A stretch of 64,000 nucleotides of DNA from Octopus sinensis (Eukaryota): NCBI RefSeq assembly GCF_006345805.1, contig NC_043021.1:14446001-14510000 (forward strand), written 5' to 3'. Below are positions 1 to 12,860 of this stretch, one piece after another (the stretch's first letter is position 1; each line of letters starts with the position of its first letter). The position numbers and the translations under genes are program-made. The notes below the pieces were generated by a model. The model saw only the letters and a program-made list of their open reading frames with translations, was not told the DNA's origin and did no database searches.

Positions 1-134
1 GTTGGCCTGAGGCTATAGTAGAAGACGCTTGCCCAAGATGCCATGCAGTGGGACTGAACCTGGAACCATGTGGTTGGGAAACATTATTTTTTCCAAAATT
101 AATTGTAAAAAAAAAAGAAAGAAAAGAGACAGTA

Positions 135-625
135 TATTTCAGTAGAGACATCAGACTCGCTACCAAATGCAGATTGGTGAATGCAATTGTCTTCCCAGTA
201 GCAACATATGGATGCAATACCTGGACACTAAAGAAAGCTGACCAGAAGAGAATTAATGCATTTGAGCTTTGGTGTTGGAGAAGACTTTTACAGATTCCAT
301 GGACAGCAAGGCTCACCAATGGAGAAGTTCTTAAGCAGATCAGGCCGAAAATGCCGCTAGACGCTAGGATCACCAAGAGTAGATTGACATATTTTGGTCA
401 TATTATGTGGAGAAAATCCTTGGAGAATGACATCATGCTCGGAATGGTCAGTGGCAAGAGAGGAAGAGGCCGACCAAGAACCCGCTGGCTTGACACCATC
501 AAGAGTGATACCAGAATGGACATAGCTAATCTGAAAGAAGTGGCCCAGGATAGAACTGACTGGAGGACACTGATCCATCGAGTAACCGGGAGTTGACTTC
601 AACTGAGCGGATAGATAGGTAGATT
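135..625 (+). mobile_element. 5'-truncated RTE-clade LINE (RT C-terminal region plus (GATA)n tail)
   Basis: Translation RLVNAIVFPVATYGCNTWTLKKADQKRINAFELWCWRRLLQIPWTAR...LTYFGHI...GKRGRGRPRTRWLD is the typical RTE/BovB-like post-RT region; ends in gatagataggtagat. The N-terminus of the tracked ORF 48..596 comes from an adjacent SINE. Confidence 0.85.
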
Positions 626-1202
626 GTAGCTAAAAGACCATTTTTTTTTCAAATTTACCTGTGAGTTCATTGACTTTCTTTAAGTTACTCTGGACGTCAT
701 CTTCACAAGCCTTGATTAATTTACTGTACTGACCCACACCCTGAAAGCACAAAGACAAACAGACAAGAATAAACAACAGCTGGAGAAAAAGAGAGAGAGA
801 GAGAATTCACAAAGCACTAAACACCATTATTATTGGTTTCAAATTTTAGCACAAGGCCAGCAATTTTGAAGGAGGAGATAAGTCGATCCCTCTCGCTTCA
901 ACTGGTACTTATCAACCCTGAAAGGATGAAAGGCAACGCAACACTGACCCCCAATGGCATTTAAACATAAAATGTGAAGATAGACAAAATGCCAGTTAGC
1001 ATTTTTTTTCTGGCGCAGTAATGATTCTGCCAGCTTGCTGCCTTCAAAACACTTTCATTATTAACCAAAGTGCTGACCTGTGGCTAACAAAAGCCACCAC
1101 CACCACCACCACTGACATGGAAAGGAAGCAGGGTGGGGTGGAGTGGCTACAAGGTATCTGGCAACTAATCACCAACATTTCTTAATTAATTACACCGCAA
1201 TT

Positions 1203-1418
1203 ATTATGTGGAGAAAATCCCTGGAGAAGGACATCATGCTCAGTGGCAAGAGAGGAAGAGGCCGACCAAGAACCCGCTAGCTTGACACCATCAAGAGGGA
1301 TGCCGGAATGGACATAGCCAATCTGAAAGAAGCGGCCCAGGATAGAACTGACTGGCGGACACTGATCCAACGAGTGACCGAGAGTCGACTTCGACTGAGC
1401 AGATAGATAGATAGATCA
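1203..1418 (+). mobile_element. Second, shorter 3' fragment of the same RTE LINE
   Basis: Close copy of 404-620 (attatgtggagaaaatcc...cgacttcgactgagcagatagatagatagat) with a (GATA)n tail. Confidence 0.85.
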
Positions 1419-2022
1419 AATAGATGGGAAACTGTAATACTTACATAAGTTTTCAAAAGGGCAATGTCTCCTTCATCAAGTGCTGAAACAATAAACACAT
1501 AAATATTAGATATATGGGTGTCTGCACACATGTACACACAGACACACACACATATACATTAAACCAAAGACTGGGATTTATATTATCTTTAATTCCGGTC
1601 TCTGATGTAATGTAATTCATATTTTGCAACCAGGAATTTCAGCTTATATGGATAGTTTTCTTCCTCAAGATAAGCCACTGCACAGATATGCACCTTGATA
1701 GCCAGTATTCACTGTAATGCTTACTGAGGATTCAGCTTAGATCTTAAGCCCCTTTATCTCATCATTATAATCATCATTTAATATCCATTTTCCATGCTGG
1801 CATGGGTTGGACAGGGCTGGTAAGCCAGAGAACAGCACCAGGCTACAGTCTGATTTGGCATGGTTCTATGACTGGATACCCTTCCTAATGGCAACCACTT
1901 TACAGGGTGTGCTGGGTGCTTTTACCTAGCACCGCACCAGCACAGGACTCTTTCAGCTCAATCCTCTTCACCAGAGGGAGGCTTATTGTTTCTGCTGTGG
2001 AATACAGGTCTTCTTGGGTACG

Positions 2023-2055
<33 letters not shown>

Positions 2056-2057
<2 letters not shown>

Positions 2058-2235
2058 CAAAATAAGCAACAAGGATATCCAAAGTAGTGTAGTACAATTT
2101 TTTATAAATTCTATATGTGGCTGAAGATTGGTCGACATTTTAAAACTGATGTAATACTTACAGTGTTTAATAAAATGAAGTAGCATGAAACGATTGTACT
2201 ACACTACCTTGGATATCCTTGTTGCTTATTTTGAT
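2056..2235. mobile_element. MITE with ~43-bp terminal inverted repeats
   Basis: atcaaaataagcaacaaggatatccaaagtagtgtagtacaat (2056-) versus attgtactacactaccttggatatccttgttgcttattttgat (-2235); sits next to a (TA)n tract. Confidence 0.75.
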
Positions 2236-2365
2236 TATAATCACCCCATTTGATTTATATGGATCCAATACCATACCAAATTCTGGTGCCTTTAACTTAA
2301 GTACCATATTCATCTGAATCTCTCTCTCTCTCAAATCCAGTTTAATATCCATAAAGCCATCTTGG

Positions 2366-2735
2366 TGTTTTCGTCTTTTACTTGTTTCAGTCATTTGTCT
2401 GCGGCCATGCTGGAGCACCACCCTGAAGGGTCTTAGCCAAACAAATCGACCCCAAGACTTATTTGTTTAAAGCCTACTACTTATTCTATCGGTCTCTTTT
2501 ACCAAACTGCTAATTTACGAGGATGTAAACACACCAACACGGGTTGTCAAGCAGTGATGGGGGGGGGAGACAAACAAAGACACACGTACATAGATATACA
2601 CACACACATGACAGACTTCTTTTAGTTTCCACCTACCAAATTCACTCACAAGGCTTTGGTTGGCCTGAGGCTATAGTAGAAGACGCTTGCCCAAGATACC
2701 ATGCAATGGGACTGAACCTGGAACCATGTGGTTGG
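2366..2735 (-). mobile_element. SINE family S2 (tRNA-like head, ccttgggcaagtg CORE-like motif, central microsatellite)
   Basis: Matches the many S2 copies in the window (e.g. 62265-62650). Confidence 0.8.
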
Positions 2736-3380
2736 GAAACATATATAGTGCAAAAGGACTAAAAGTCCTCAACTTACTCTGGTGGTTAAAAAATAATTGG
2801 GAACGTCTATCGTATATGATGCATGGACGCCAGGAAAATATATTTTGTGCATCACGTGATACACAGGACAGGTAAAGGGTTAATTTTGATAATTACAGGC
2901 TGATCAACTATTATTTTTACTACATGTATAGAATTCAACGAACGTCGACAAAAATTCTAAGGTGTGTCGTTTTATGTCCATAAAATTTAACCAGAAAATG
3001 GTAATTAACTCTGTTTAATTAATCATAGTGGACGTTTGTGTAAAAATGATGATTTATTTGTGATTGTAGCGAGGTCGTTTCTCCGTGGCCTGTTCCTTCG
3101 GTACAAAAGTACCGAAGATCGTTGTTTACCATTATACACACATAGATACATAATTTTGCGTTGTTTATTATTGAATCGGTTACAGAATTATAATTCTTGA
3201 AAACCATCATAATGGATGAAACGGATTAACTCTGTAGACTAAGTCATTAATTAACGAACATATTAAATCCAAATTCCACAAGCGTTAAATGTTAGACTAA
3301 CTGTTCCTCGGGGTCCCACAACTTATGCGAAACGAAAATGGTACGGCGAGGGAGGGGTTAAAATACGAATTTTTTTTTTT

Positions 3381-3744
3381 GGCAATCTTTCGTCTCTAGT
3401 AGACCTTTCCGTCGATTTCCGTAAAAAAATTTTATTTTTTACATATGTGACGAGGGAAGTTCTTTTGAAGTTACCGTGTATGTGAAGCATTGATGTACAT
3501 GTGTGTGTGTGTGTGTTTGATGGGGTGTGGGAGACAGACAGTATGTTGTGTAAGTGAAGTGCTTCTGTTAGTGTGTGTGAAGAGACAGAGTAATGTGTGA
3601 AAGAAAGAGATAACTGAAATTTTTACTCGGTGTATGTGTATATGTATGTATATTACTTCAAAAGTTCCCGCAAGCCCATATGTAAAAAAAAATTTTTTTT
3701 TTACGGAAATCGACGGAAAGGTCTACTAGAGACGAAAGATCGCC
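3381..3744. mobile_element. Foldback MITE with ~90-bp TIRs
   Basis: ggcaatctttcgtctctagtagacctttccgtcgatttccgtaaaa... at 3381 and its reverse complement ending ...gagacgaaagatcgcc at 3744; no clear TSD. Confidence 0.75.
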
Positions 3745-4253
3745 CCGTTTCTTTTTCTATGAAGTAAGGGACTTCCAGAGAGAAAGCTACGTTTGATTTT
3801 TTTTTCTCTCTCAACATTAATCACTCAGGAAGTAGTCACATCTATCTACGTAACGGTTTGGTGATGTAAACAGGAAAATAGAACACAAAACCTGAGTCTA
3901 TATATTTTTATTATTATTAATAATAATCAGAAGTTACAGGCGAGAATTTCATGAATTTGGCACTTATAAAGTGATATAATTCCTTATTTAGGGCCTTTCT
4001 GTGTCTGTTCTACGTGTACGTTTTGTAGTATTTAATGCATACATATATATATATATATATAAATTAAGATAGGGGTTGCAAATTCAACCCTCCATGGGAT
4101 AACATATATCCAATATACTACTAGTGAAGTACCCAACTATATATTTTTATGTTTAACCTTAATGTTCTTATGTAGTGGTTCAATAAAGTATGTGATTGGG
4201 TATTATCTGGTAGTTGATTAATGATTTAGATGTATTTCTCCATTTTCTGATTT

Positions 4254-4284
<31 letters not shown>

Positions 4285-4291
<7 letters not shown>

Positions 4292-4411
4292 ATTTGGCAC
4301 GAAACTCTCGGACTTTGTTGCTTTTGCTAAATATTAATAATATACGTATACTCATATTTTTAGTTCTATTTATCCTGTTTGCACCAACATACCTATATAT
4401 ATATATAATAT

Positions 4412-4455
<44 letters not shown>

Positions 4456-4565
4456 TTGATTTGGCACGAACTCTCGGACTTTGTTGCTCTTGCTAAATAT
4501 TAATAATATACGTATACTCATATTTTTAGTTCTATTTATCCTGTTTGCACCAACATACCTATATA
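4285..4565. repeat. Direct duplication of a ~110-bp unique segment between (TA)n tracts
   Basis: atatttgatttggcacga...gcaccaacatacctatat occurs at ~4285-4395 and ~4452-4562. Confidence 0.85.
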
Positions 4566-5054
4566 TATATATAATACGATTCCTGACAGACAGATAGACA
4601 TTATACGATTCCTTACGGGTTTAAGAGTCCATACGAATCCAAAATTACGGTTAAAAAAGTAAATAAAGTTGGAAAAGGCATAAAAGTATATTTTAAAAGA
4701 ATGTTTAAAATTTTTGTTACAGTGAGCGATTTAAACTATAACAGGTTTCGACGTATCTATCTTAGAATTTTGGGGAGAAGCCAAAGAGAAAAAAATTGGG
4801 GATTAACAGTCTGTACCCATGTTTTAATGCATATTATATATAATTCCTTATTTATGATATATATATATATATATACCGACTCAAAGTGGGTATATTAACC
4901 GAACTGTACAGTATATATAACCAATACAGCCGATCTTAGCGATCAGTTTCACACTAGCGATTAGGTAACAGACACAATAAAGAACAGTTTGACTGAAACT
5001 CCATATGACTTACAGCTGGCGTTGAGTTCCACTTTCTTTCCTTCGTCCACTCAT

Positions 5055-5101
<47 letters not shown>

Positions 5102-5228
5102 AGATAATGGTGTCTTTGAGACCCAAAGGTGTCAGGTAATGCTGAATAAGTGCTATAGACAGACCATAGTTAAGTTCCAGATTCAGGGTTCAACGTTGGT
5201 TCTATGTCAGCGTGTGTGTATAAGAATT

Positions 5229-5268
<40 letters not shown>

Positions 5269-5699
5269 CATATATTTACAAATTGAGATAGGGGTTGTAA
5301 ATGCAACCCTCCATGGGATAACATATATCCCAATATACTGCTAGTGAAGTACCCAACAAAGTTAATACATAAATGTTAATGATTGCGATGCAATCAATTC
5401 ATTTACTGTATTATATGGGCAAAGGTAAAATGATTGTATATATACATATATATATATTTTATACAAAATATGAATTAGAGCTAAAAACCACTATTATGCA
5501 ACTCAAACAGTGATAGACATAAACCAATACATAAATAACAAATAATATATATAATTAATATAATATATATATATAGTTTTTTGGGGGGTGGGTTTCTTCA
5601 AAAAGTATAATATGAATGATAAATATAATACAATAAGTGCTATAGACAGACCATAGTTAAGTTCCAGATTCTGTAATATTGCGAATAAAGGGTTCAACG

Positions 5700-6190
5700 T
5701 TTATATATATATATATAATCTGGAACTTAACTATGGTCTGTCTATATATATATATTTATATATATGTGTGTATATATATTATGTATGTATATATATATAT
5801 TTATATATGTGTGTATATATATTATGTATGTGTATATATATATATGTGTGTATATATATTATGTATGTATATATATATATATATGTGTATATATATATAT
5901 GTGTATATATTTATGTATGGATATATATATATATATAATATATATATAGGGAAGCTTTATGAAAATATGTGTGTATATATATATGTATGTATATATATAT
6001 ATTATATATATATATATGTGTGTATATATATATATATGTATGTATATATATATATGTGTGTATATATATATATATGTATGTATATATATATATGTGTGTA
6101 TATATATATATGTGTATATATTTATGTATGGATATATATATATATATATATATATAGGGAAGCTTTATGAAAATATGTGTGTATATATAT

Positions 6191-6247
<57 letters not shown>
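5700..6247. repeat. Compound (TA)n/(TG)n microsatellite with higher-order duplication
   Basis: Almost pure TA/TG; agggaagctttatgaaaatatgtgtg repeated at ~5948 and ~6166. Confidence 0.9.
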
Positions 6248-6251
<4 letters not shown>

Positions 6252-6589
6252 TGCTCTCTCACGATTCCTGTTTATGACACAGCAAATTTTTTTTTTCTAT
6301 CGTTAAACACAGAAGAAACATGGTTTTTGTAAATAAAAAGTGAGTCAGTTTAATGCCTTTTACCTTGGATGTTTTTCTCCTTCTCAGTCTCCTCCTCTTT
6401 TACTTTCCTTTGATCGTTTCCCAAATAGTCTGGCATGCTTGTTGGTTTTCTTTTTTTAAAAAAAAATAGCAAAACTCCTTCGGTAAGACAAAAATTAATT
6501 TAGGGACAAGCAACTGACTACAAAATATCGATAGCGACGAACGAAGGATGGTTTGACCGAAGAGCTCCACCGGGAGATAGTTGTCTACC

Positions 6590-6914
6590 CTTGACTACAC
6601 ACTCTCTCTCTCTCTATTGCTATCTATTTATTCTCTCACTCTCTCTCTATTGCTATCTATTTATTCTCTCTCTCTCTTTCATTTTCTGTCTAGTTATAAC
6701 TTTCTCTCTATTTATTTACCTCTTTCATTTTCTGTCTAGTTATCTCTTTCTCTCTCTCTCTCTATTTATTTATTTATTTATTTATCTATCTATCTATCTC
6801 TATTTATTTATCTCTCTCTCTATTTATTTCTCTCTCTCTCTTTATTTATTTGTCTCTCTCTCTTTCATTTTCTGTCTCCCTGCCTTATGCTTATTCTCTT
6901 TTGCTGCCTGTTAA

Positions 6915-6974
<60 letters not shown>

Positions 6975-7035
6975 TCTTCCCTCAAGTTGTATCTATCTCT
7001 GGCTTTCTTCCTAGTTATCTCTCTCTCTATCTTTG
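6590..7035. repeat. Pyrimidine-rich compound microsatellite ((CT)n, (TTTA)n, (CTAT)n)
   Basis: Direct inspection. Confidence 0.85.
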
Positions 7036-8160
7036 CAGGGAGCTCCTCTATGCTGTTGACCTGGCCCTCATAGCAGAATCACTACCAGAACTAGAGAAGA
7101 AATTTCAGGTGTGGAATCAATGTTTTGAATCAAAAGGCCTTAGAGTCAATGTTGCAAAGACCAAAGTTCTAGTAAGGAGGAAGGTGAACACATCACACAC
7201 CCCTTCAGGTAGGTGGCCCTGCTCGATCTGTAGTAAAGGTGTAGGTAGAAACTCCATGAGATGTACCCAGCGTAAGCTATGGACACATAAAAGGTGCAGC
7301 AAAATCAAAGAAAGATTAACCGGGAACATAGCTTTTGTGTGCGGCAGATGCACAGGGGCAATAAACACCACAGATGCTCAGAAAACAGATTCCATCACAT
7401 GCCAGGGAGAGAAACTAGAAATAGTTGATAGCTTCCGCTACCTAGGTGACCAAATCTGTAGTGGGGGTGGATGCTCAGAGAGTGTTACCACTAGAACTTA
7501 TTCTAAACTGGGCAAAGTTCAGAAATCTTCTACTCCTACTTGTGACAAAAGGCCTCTTGCTCAGAATGAAAAGTAGATTGTACGATGCATGTGTGTGAAC
7601 TGCCATGCTACACATCAGTGAAACATGGGCCATGACTGCTGAAGACATGTATAAGCTTGAAAGAAATGAAGCTAGCATGATCCACTGGATGTGTAATGCC
7701 AGTGTGCACACACGACAGAGTGTAAGCACCCTGAGAGAAATGTTGGACATAAGAAGCATCAAATGTGGCGTGCAAGAGAGACGTTTGTGTTGGTATGGTC
7801 ATGTACTACGGATGAATGAGGAGAGCTGTGTGAAGAAGTGCCACTCCCAAACAGTGGAAGGAATCTTGGGTAGAGGGAGACCCAGGAAGACATGGGATGA
7901 GGTGGTGAAGCATGACCTTCGAATGTTGGGCCCCACAGAGGCAATGACTAAAGTCCGTGACCTCTCAAGATATGCTGTGACTGAGAAGACCCAGCAAATA
8001 AAGTGAAATCACAGTTGTAACCTACACTAATGTTGCATAACCAGCCCCCTCAAAAAGTACCTTGGATCGTAGGGCGACATTCTGTGCTTGACGAGACCTA
8101 TTGAGTCAAGTACATCAACATCAAAATCAAAATCAAATCAAACCACAATCAAATGGAAAT
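7036..8160 (+). mobile_element. Decayed RTE-clade LINE, 3' half (RT catalytic region to 3' tail)
   Basis: ELLYAVDLALIA (YADD degenerate), GLRVNVAKTKV, FRYLG, then after a frameshift SETWAMT...LERNEASMIHWM...RLCWYGHVLRM...GRGRPRKTW; (ATCAA)n-like tail at ~8115-8150. Confidence 0.85.
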
Positions 8161-8574
8161 TGTAGTGGATTTGGTGGACGGAAATTGAAAGAAGCCTCTG
8201 TGTGTGTGTGTGTGTGTGTCCTTGTGTCTGTGTTTGTCCCCACCACAGCTTGAAACTGGTGTTAGTATATTTAACTGTAACCTAGCAGTTTGGCAAAAGA
8301 GACCAATAGAATAAGTACCAGGCTTTTAAAAAAAAAGGAAGTACTGGGGTCGATACATTCAATTAAAGATTCTTCAAGGCAGTGCCCCAGCTTGGCCGCA
8401 GCCTAATGACTGAGAAATAGATTCTTCAAAAAGATGGAATGTTCCTAATTGGAATGTCTTTTCAATGCAGACCCCACCCTTTTCTTCAAATGAATGGTAA
8501 ACATTTCTACTTCACATGTACCATTGGTTGCCTTGGAAACTGACTGAATATCATACATCCTAATTATCTCCCCT

Positions 8575-8853
8575 AAAAGTACCGCCTCGACTGGCTTCCA
8601 TGCAGGTGGCACGTAAAATACACCAATCCGACCGTGGCCAATGCCAGCCTCGCCTGGCACCAGTGCAGGTGGCACGTAAAAAGCACCCACTACACTCACG
8701 GAGTGGTTGGCGTTAGGAAGGGCATCCAGCTCTAGAAACATTGCCAGATAAGACCGGAGCCTGGTGCAGCCTTCTGGCTTCCCAGATCCCCGGTCGAACC
8801 GTCCAACCCATGCTAGCATCGAGAACGAACGTTAAACGATGATGATGATGATG
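8575..8853 (+). mobile_element. Retroposon family S3 with (GAT)n tail (RTE-like 3' end)
   Basis: ggcacgtaaaaagcacccactacactc...gttaggaagggcatccagct...gttaaacgatgatgatgatg; many copies in the window. Confidence 0.75.
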
Positions 8854-9111
8854 AAAAGGGTTCTTTTGGTCTTCAAGCTATCACCCTTCTGCTCTTCATT
8901 TCATTACTCTTGCTGTATCTCACCTTCCAGATTTTAAACTATAATCAGTTCCTCTCTAGAACAACGACTTTCTGCAATTCTCCTGTATAAACATTGGCCA
9001 CATCTTTTTCCATTAGGACTAGCAGATTTCCCCTCCTTCGGTCTATTCTTACTTCTTTACTGTCCGCAAGGGGCTACATACAGAGGGGACAAACAAGGAC
9101 AGACAAATGCG

Positions 9112-9330
9112 ACAGACACGTTAGCGCACCGAGCGAAATGCTTAGCGGTATTTCGTCTGTCATTACATTCTGAGTTCAAATTCCGCCGAGGTCAACTTTG
9201 CTTTTCATCCTTTCAGGGTCGATAAATAAAGTACCAGTTTCGCACTGGGGACGATATAATCGACTCAATCCCTTCGTCTGTCCTTGTTTGTCCCCTCTCT
9301 GTTTAGCCCTTTGTGAGCAGTAAAGAAATA
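9112..9330 (+). mobile_element. SINE family S1 (B-box gagttcaaattc; gcctttcatcctttcggggtcgataaa Meta-SINE-like domain)
   Basis: Matches 62723-62942 and other copies. Confidence 0.8.
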
Positions 9331-9339
9331 TATATATAT

Positions 9340-9655
9340 CAACCCCAGTGCATAACTGGTACTTAATTTATCGACCCCGAAAGGATGAAAGGCAAAGTTG
9401 ACCTCGGCGGAATTTGAACTCAGAACATCGCAGCAGACGAAATACCTATTTCTTTATTACCCACAAGGGGCTAAACACAGAGGGGACAAACAAGGACAGA
9501 CATAGGTATTAAGTCAATTACATCGATCCCAATGCGTAACTGGTACTTAATTTATCGACCTCGAAATGATGAAAGGCAAAGTCGACCTCGGCGGAATTTG
9601 AACTCAGAATGTAACGGCAGACGAAATACCGCTAACAGTTCTGCCAGCTCACTAC
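9340..9655 (-). mobile_element. S1 SINE dimer
   Basis: Two S1 bodies joined at gaaatacctatttctttattac (~9440-9460). Confidence 0.75.
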
Positions 9656-10154
9656 CTTCAGTCCATTCTTGGTAATCTGAAGTTCCTCCAAATCAAAAAG
9701 TCCAGTTCTAAACATGAGATTGTTGGAAACAGTCAAATCTCTACATCTTCATTGCTTACAAGGGGTGACTTTCTGAGCAACTGACTGAAGTGTTAATACC
9801 ACTTTTGAACACACTCCTCCCTGCCGTTTCCATGGATGATGCCAACTCACTGTTTTACTTCAAGACAGAGATGGACCGAGAAGTGTGGTGGGTGGAATTC
9901 GTTGCTGTGACCCAGGTTGGAACATGGCCATACAAAAAAAAAAAATTAAAAATAAGACATCTCTTACACCAGTTTGGGAGGATTTTCCTAGGATCATTAG
10001 CACTGCTACCCAAGAATTTTGTGGTTACCTACACAAATCTTATGGAACATATTAATACTTTGCCTGTCCAAAGCATTTTCATACATTTGTCCTAAGCATC
10101 CGTATTTGTTTTCAGACTTTTTAGTTGACCCTTGTTTCATACATTCATACATTA

Positions 10155-10540
10155 CAGGAGCACTCTGTCGGTTACGACGATGAGGGTCCCAGCTGATACG
10201 ATCAACAGAACAGCTTGCTCGTGGAATTAACGTGCAAGTGGCTGAGCATTCCACAGACACGTGTACCCTTAACATAGTTCTCGAGGAGATTCAGCGTGAC
10301 ACAGAGTGTGACAAGGCTGGCCCTTTGAAATACCGGTACAACAGAAACAGGAAGAAAGAGTGAGAGAAAGTTGTGGTGAAAGAGTACAGCAGGGTTCACC
10401 ACCACCCCCTGCAGGAGCCTTGTGAAGCTTTAGGTGTTTTCGCTCAATAAACACTCACAATGCCCGGTTTGGGAATCGAAACCGTGATCCTACGACCGCG
10501 AGTCCGCTGCCCTAACCACTGGGCCATTGCGCCTCCACTA
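10155..10540 (-). mobile_element. Full-length tRNA-derived SINE family S4
   Basis: On - strand: ggaggcgcaatggcccagtggttagggcagcggactcgcggtcgtaggatcacggtttcgattccc (A box TGGCCCAGTGG, B box GGTTTCGATTCC) followed by a ~320-bp body shared with 58276-58647. Confidence 0.85.
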
Positions 10541-10819
10541 CATTCATACATAATATAAATCTTTCCTTTCATATGTCTCAAGTTACTCTGGTGATTGAAA
10601 AAGAACAGGGAACGTTTATCATATATCATACACGGACTTCAGGGTAGTATGTCTTGTGTATCACATGTAATACATGTGTAGTGGCTAGGGTCACCAATTG
10701 TAGCAGCTGGTATGATGTAACCCGACTACCAAATGTAGAACACTTGAAGGTTCTCATGTCAGAGTAACCAGTGAAGAACATGGAAGAATCAACATCAAGA
10801 AGGAAGAAATAATATATAT

Positions 10820-11130
10820 CATCATCATCATCGTTTAACGTCCGTTCTCCATACTAGCATGGGTTGGACGGTTCGACCGGGGATCTGGGAAGCCAGAAGG
10901 CTGCACCAGGCTCCAGTCTGATCTGGCAGTGTTTCTACAGCTGGATGCCCTTCCTAACGCCAACCACTCCGTGAGTTTAGTGGGTGCTTTTTATGTGCCA
11001 CCTGCACAGGTGCCAGGCGAGGCTGGCAATGGCCACGATCGGATTGGTGCATTTTACATGCCACCGGCACGGAAGCCAGTCGAGGTGGCACTGGCACCGG
11101 CCACGATTTGGATGGTGCTTTTTACGTGCC
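10820..11130 (-). mobile_element. S3 retroposon copy
   Basis: (CAT)n tail then cgtttaacgtccg...gatgcccttcctaacgccaaccactc. Confidence 0.75.
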
Positions 11131-12194
11131 CTATTCATTTGCCTGACAAGTAGTTAGAGAGACAGCAGTTATTGTAGTGGCAGTGACAACAAGGTTGGCT
11201 TGCTGGTTGATAGTTGATAGTATGGAAGTTGCTGTCAGCCAATAGAGAGTGAAAGCATAAGGAATGTGCAGTGCTGACTGGAGAAGAAGAAAGGATAAAG
11301 GTAGCATTATCTTTCTTGCAGCCGAAATCTTCTATTCATATGTCTAGTGAAATACGAAGGGAAGTGTTGCTCCTTGGTCGTGGTTGATGCCAAAAAAGAG
11401 TGAGAAAGGAAATGCTCTCTGTTATATAGACTATGGTCAGTTATGTAGGTCAAACCTTAAACAAAGGACTGACTTTTCCTTCCCCAGCACTGGTCCTTGG
11501 AGGGTCAGGTGTTTCCTATCAATCATCTGGTATGGAGATGCAAATGAAGGATTTCTCGCTTGCTTTGTTAAGCAACAAGTGGGTGGATTTGGTTTCAAAT
11601 TTCAGGCAGAGCCAAGCAAGGTCCCTGTGCATAGAAGAGACAAAGGATTAAGACAGCTGCCAAAGAAAAAAGAAAGAGTGAAACATGTTAGTTCTGTGAT
11701 AGTTGCCAAGTGAAGAAAATGTTCATCTACAAGGGATTCATATTTATATTTGTCCCACAAGTGAAGTGGGTCAGAATAACAATGGAAACGAATGGGTTTA
11801 TATCTGGGTTGAACTGGCTTTCAACTAAGATGTGGGTGAATTTGACAGACGACACATATAAGATCTGAGTATAATGGAAAGTGGCAGGAAGAAGGAATCA
11901 GTTTGAGGTTTCAATGCCTGATCGAAAATAATACAGTCTCTTTTTGCTACAGCCAAACACCCCCCACACACACACACACATGTTGTCATCATCATCATTA
12001 TCATCATTATCAAGGCTAAGAATACCAGCAGACCATTTACTGATGGGGTGACTCAATACTGAATGTAGAGTTAAATTCACTGTTAAGTTTGGGCTTTACA
12101 ATATGTTTGTGTGTGTGTATTATATTATAATGGAAGAGGTCAGTTTATGGGGTTTCCCTGGGTTTCTTGCTCATAAGTCCAGCAGTGTTTGGAA

Positions 12195-12860
12195 TCTGAC
12201 CAGGAAAAATCCAGCCTTTACATACTCTCTCAAAAACACCAATCTCAAGAAGTCTTCTAGTGGACATGATCTGGGTATTATTGTAAACAACAATCTGCAT
12301 TGGACAAACCACATATCTAAAATTGTCAAAAAGGCTGATGGGGTGCTAGCATCACTCAGTAAGACCTTTGTCAGCCACTCTCCAGCTATCTCTTTAAAAT
12401 TGTATACGACAATGGTGTGTCCACACTTGGAATTTGCATCACCAGCCTGGAACCCCTCTCTTGCTCAGCATATAAATCTCCTGGAAACTGTTCAGAAATG
12501 TGCAACAAAGTGAATACCCACAGTCAAACATCTACCATACTCTGAACGTCTTGCATTTCTGGGCATGGATACATTGAAGCTCAGACGTCTGGCAACTGAC
12601 TTGATTGACACCCACAAGATTATCCACCATATTTCCAACAACAACCTTGGGTACCTTTTTGAATTCCATACGACAAACACTCACGGACATGCTTATAAAA
12701 TCAAAAAACATCACAGCTCCCATGACTTTCAGAAACAATTTTTCATGCTCAGAATTGCAGAAGCATGGAATAAACCACCCGTATCAGTTGTTAGCTGTCG
12801 AGACACTACATCCTTCAAAACTTCCATGTGTCCTGAAATCCACAAACAGTACACTTGATG
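12195..12860 (+). mobile_element. Decayed CR1/L2-type LINE, RT C-terminal region
   Basis: DLGIIVNNNLHWTNHI...KLYTTMVCPHLEFASPAWNP...LLETVQKCATK* ...LPYSERLAFLGMDTLKLRRL..DLI...FFMLRIAEAWNK; in-frame stop at ~12511. Confidence 0.8.

Noticed and set aside
48-596. 182-aa ORF as a host gene
   Set aside because: Chimera of a SINE-derived N-terminus and an RTE LINE C-terminal fragment.
4725-4775. Second hammerhead-like motif on the - strand (…gtcgaaacctgtta…)
   Set aside because: GAAA and a near-palindromic stem III are present, but there is no recognisable CUGANGA-type core or stem II.
5679-6306. Several long ORFs (YIYI.../MCVY...)
   Set aside because: Translations of TA/TG microsatellite; TA/TG repeats simply lack stop codons.
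8445-8819. Recurrent MLAWVG.../MRQASFSFRLPNP... ORFs across the window
   Set aside because: Chance frames through high-copy SINE consensus sequences.
10470-10540. tRNA gene
   Set aside because: A and B boxes are present, but the sequence continues into a ~320-bp body repeated at 58276 with a TSD, so it is a SINE head.
9680-11830. Old CR1/L2-like fragments on the - strand
   Set aside because: Only faint peptide resemblance by eye, with many stops; boundaries cannot be supported without an alignment.
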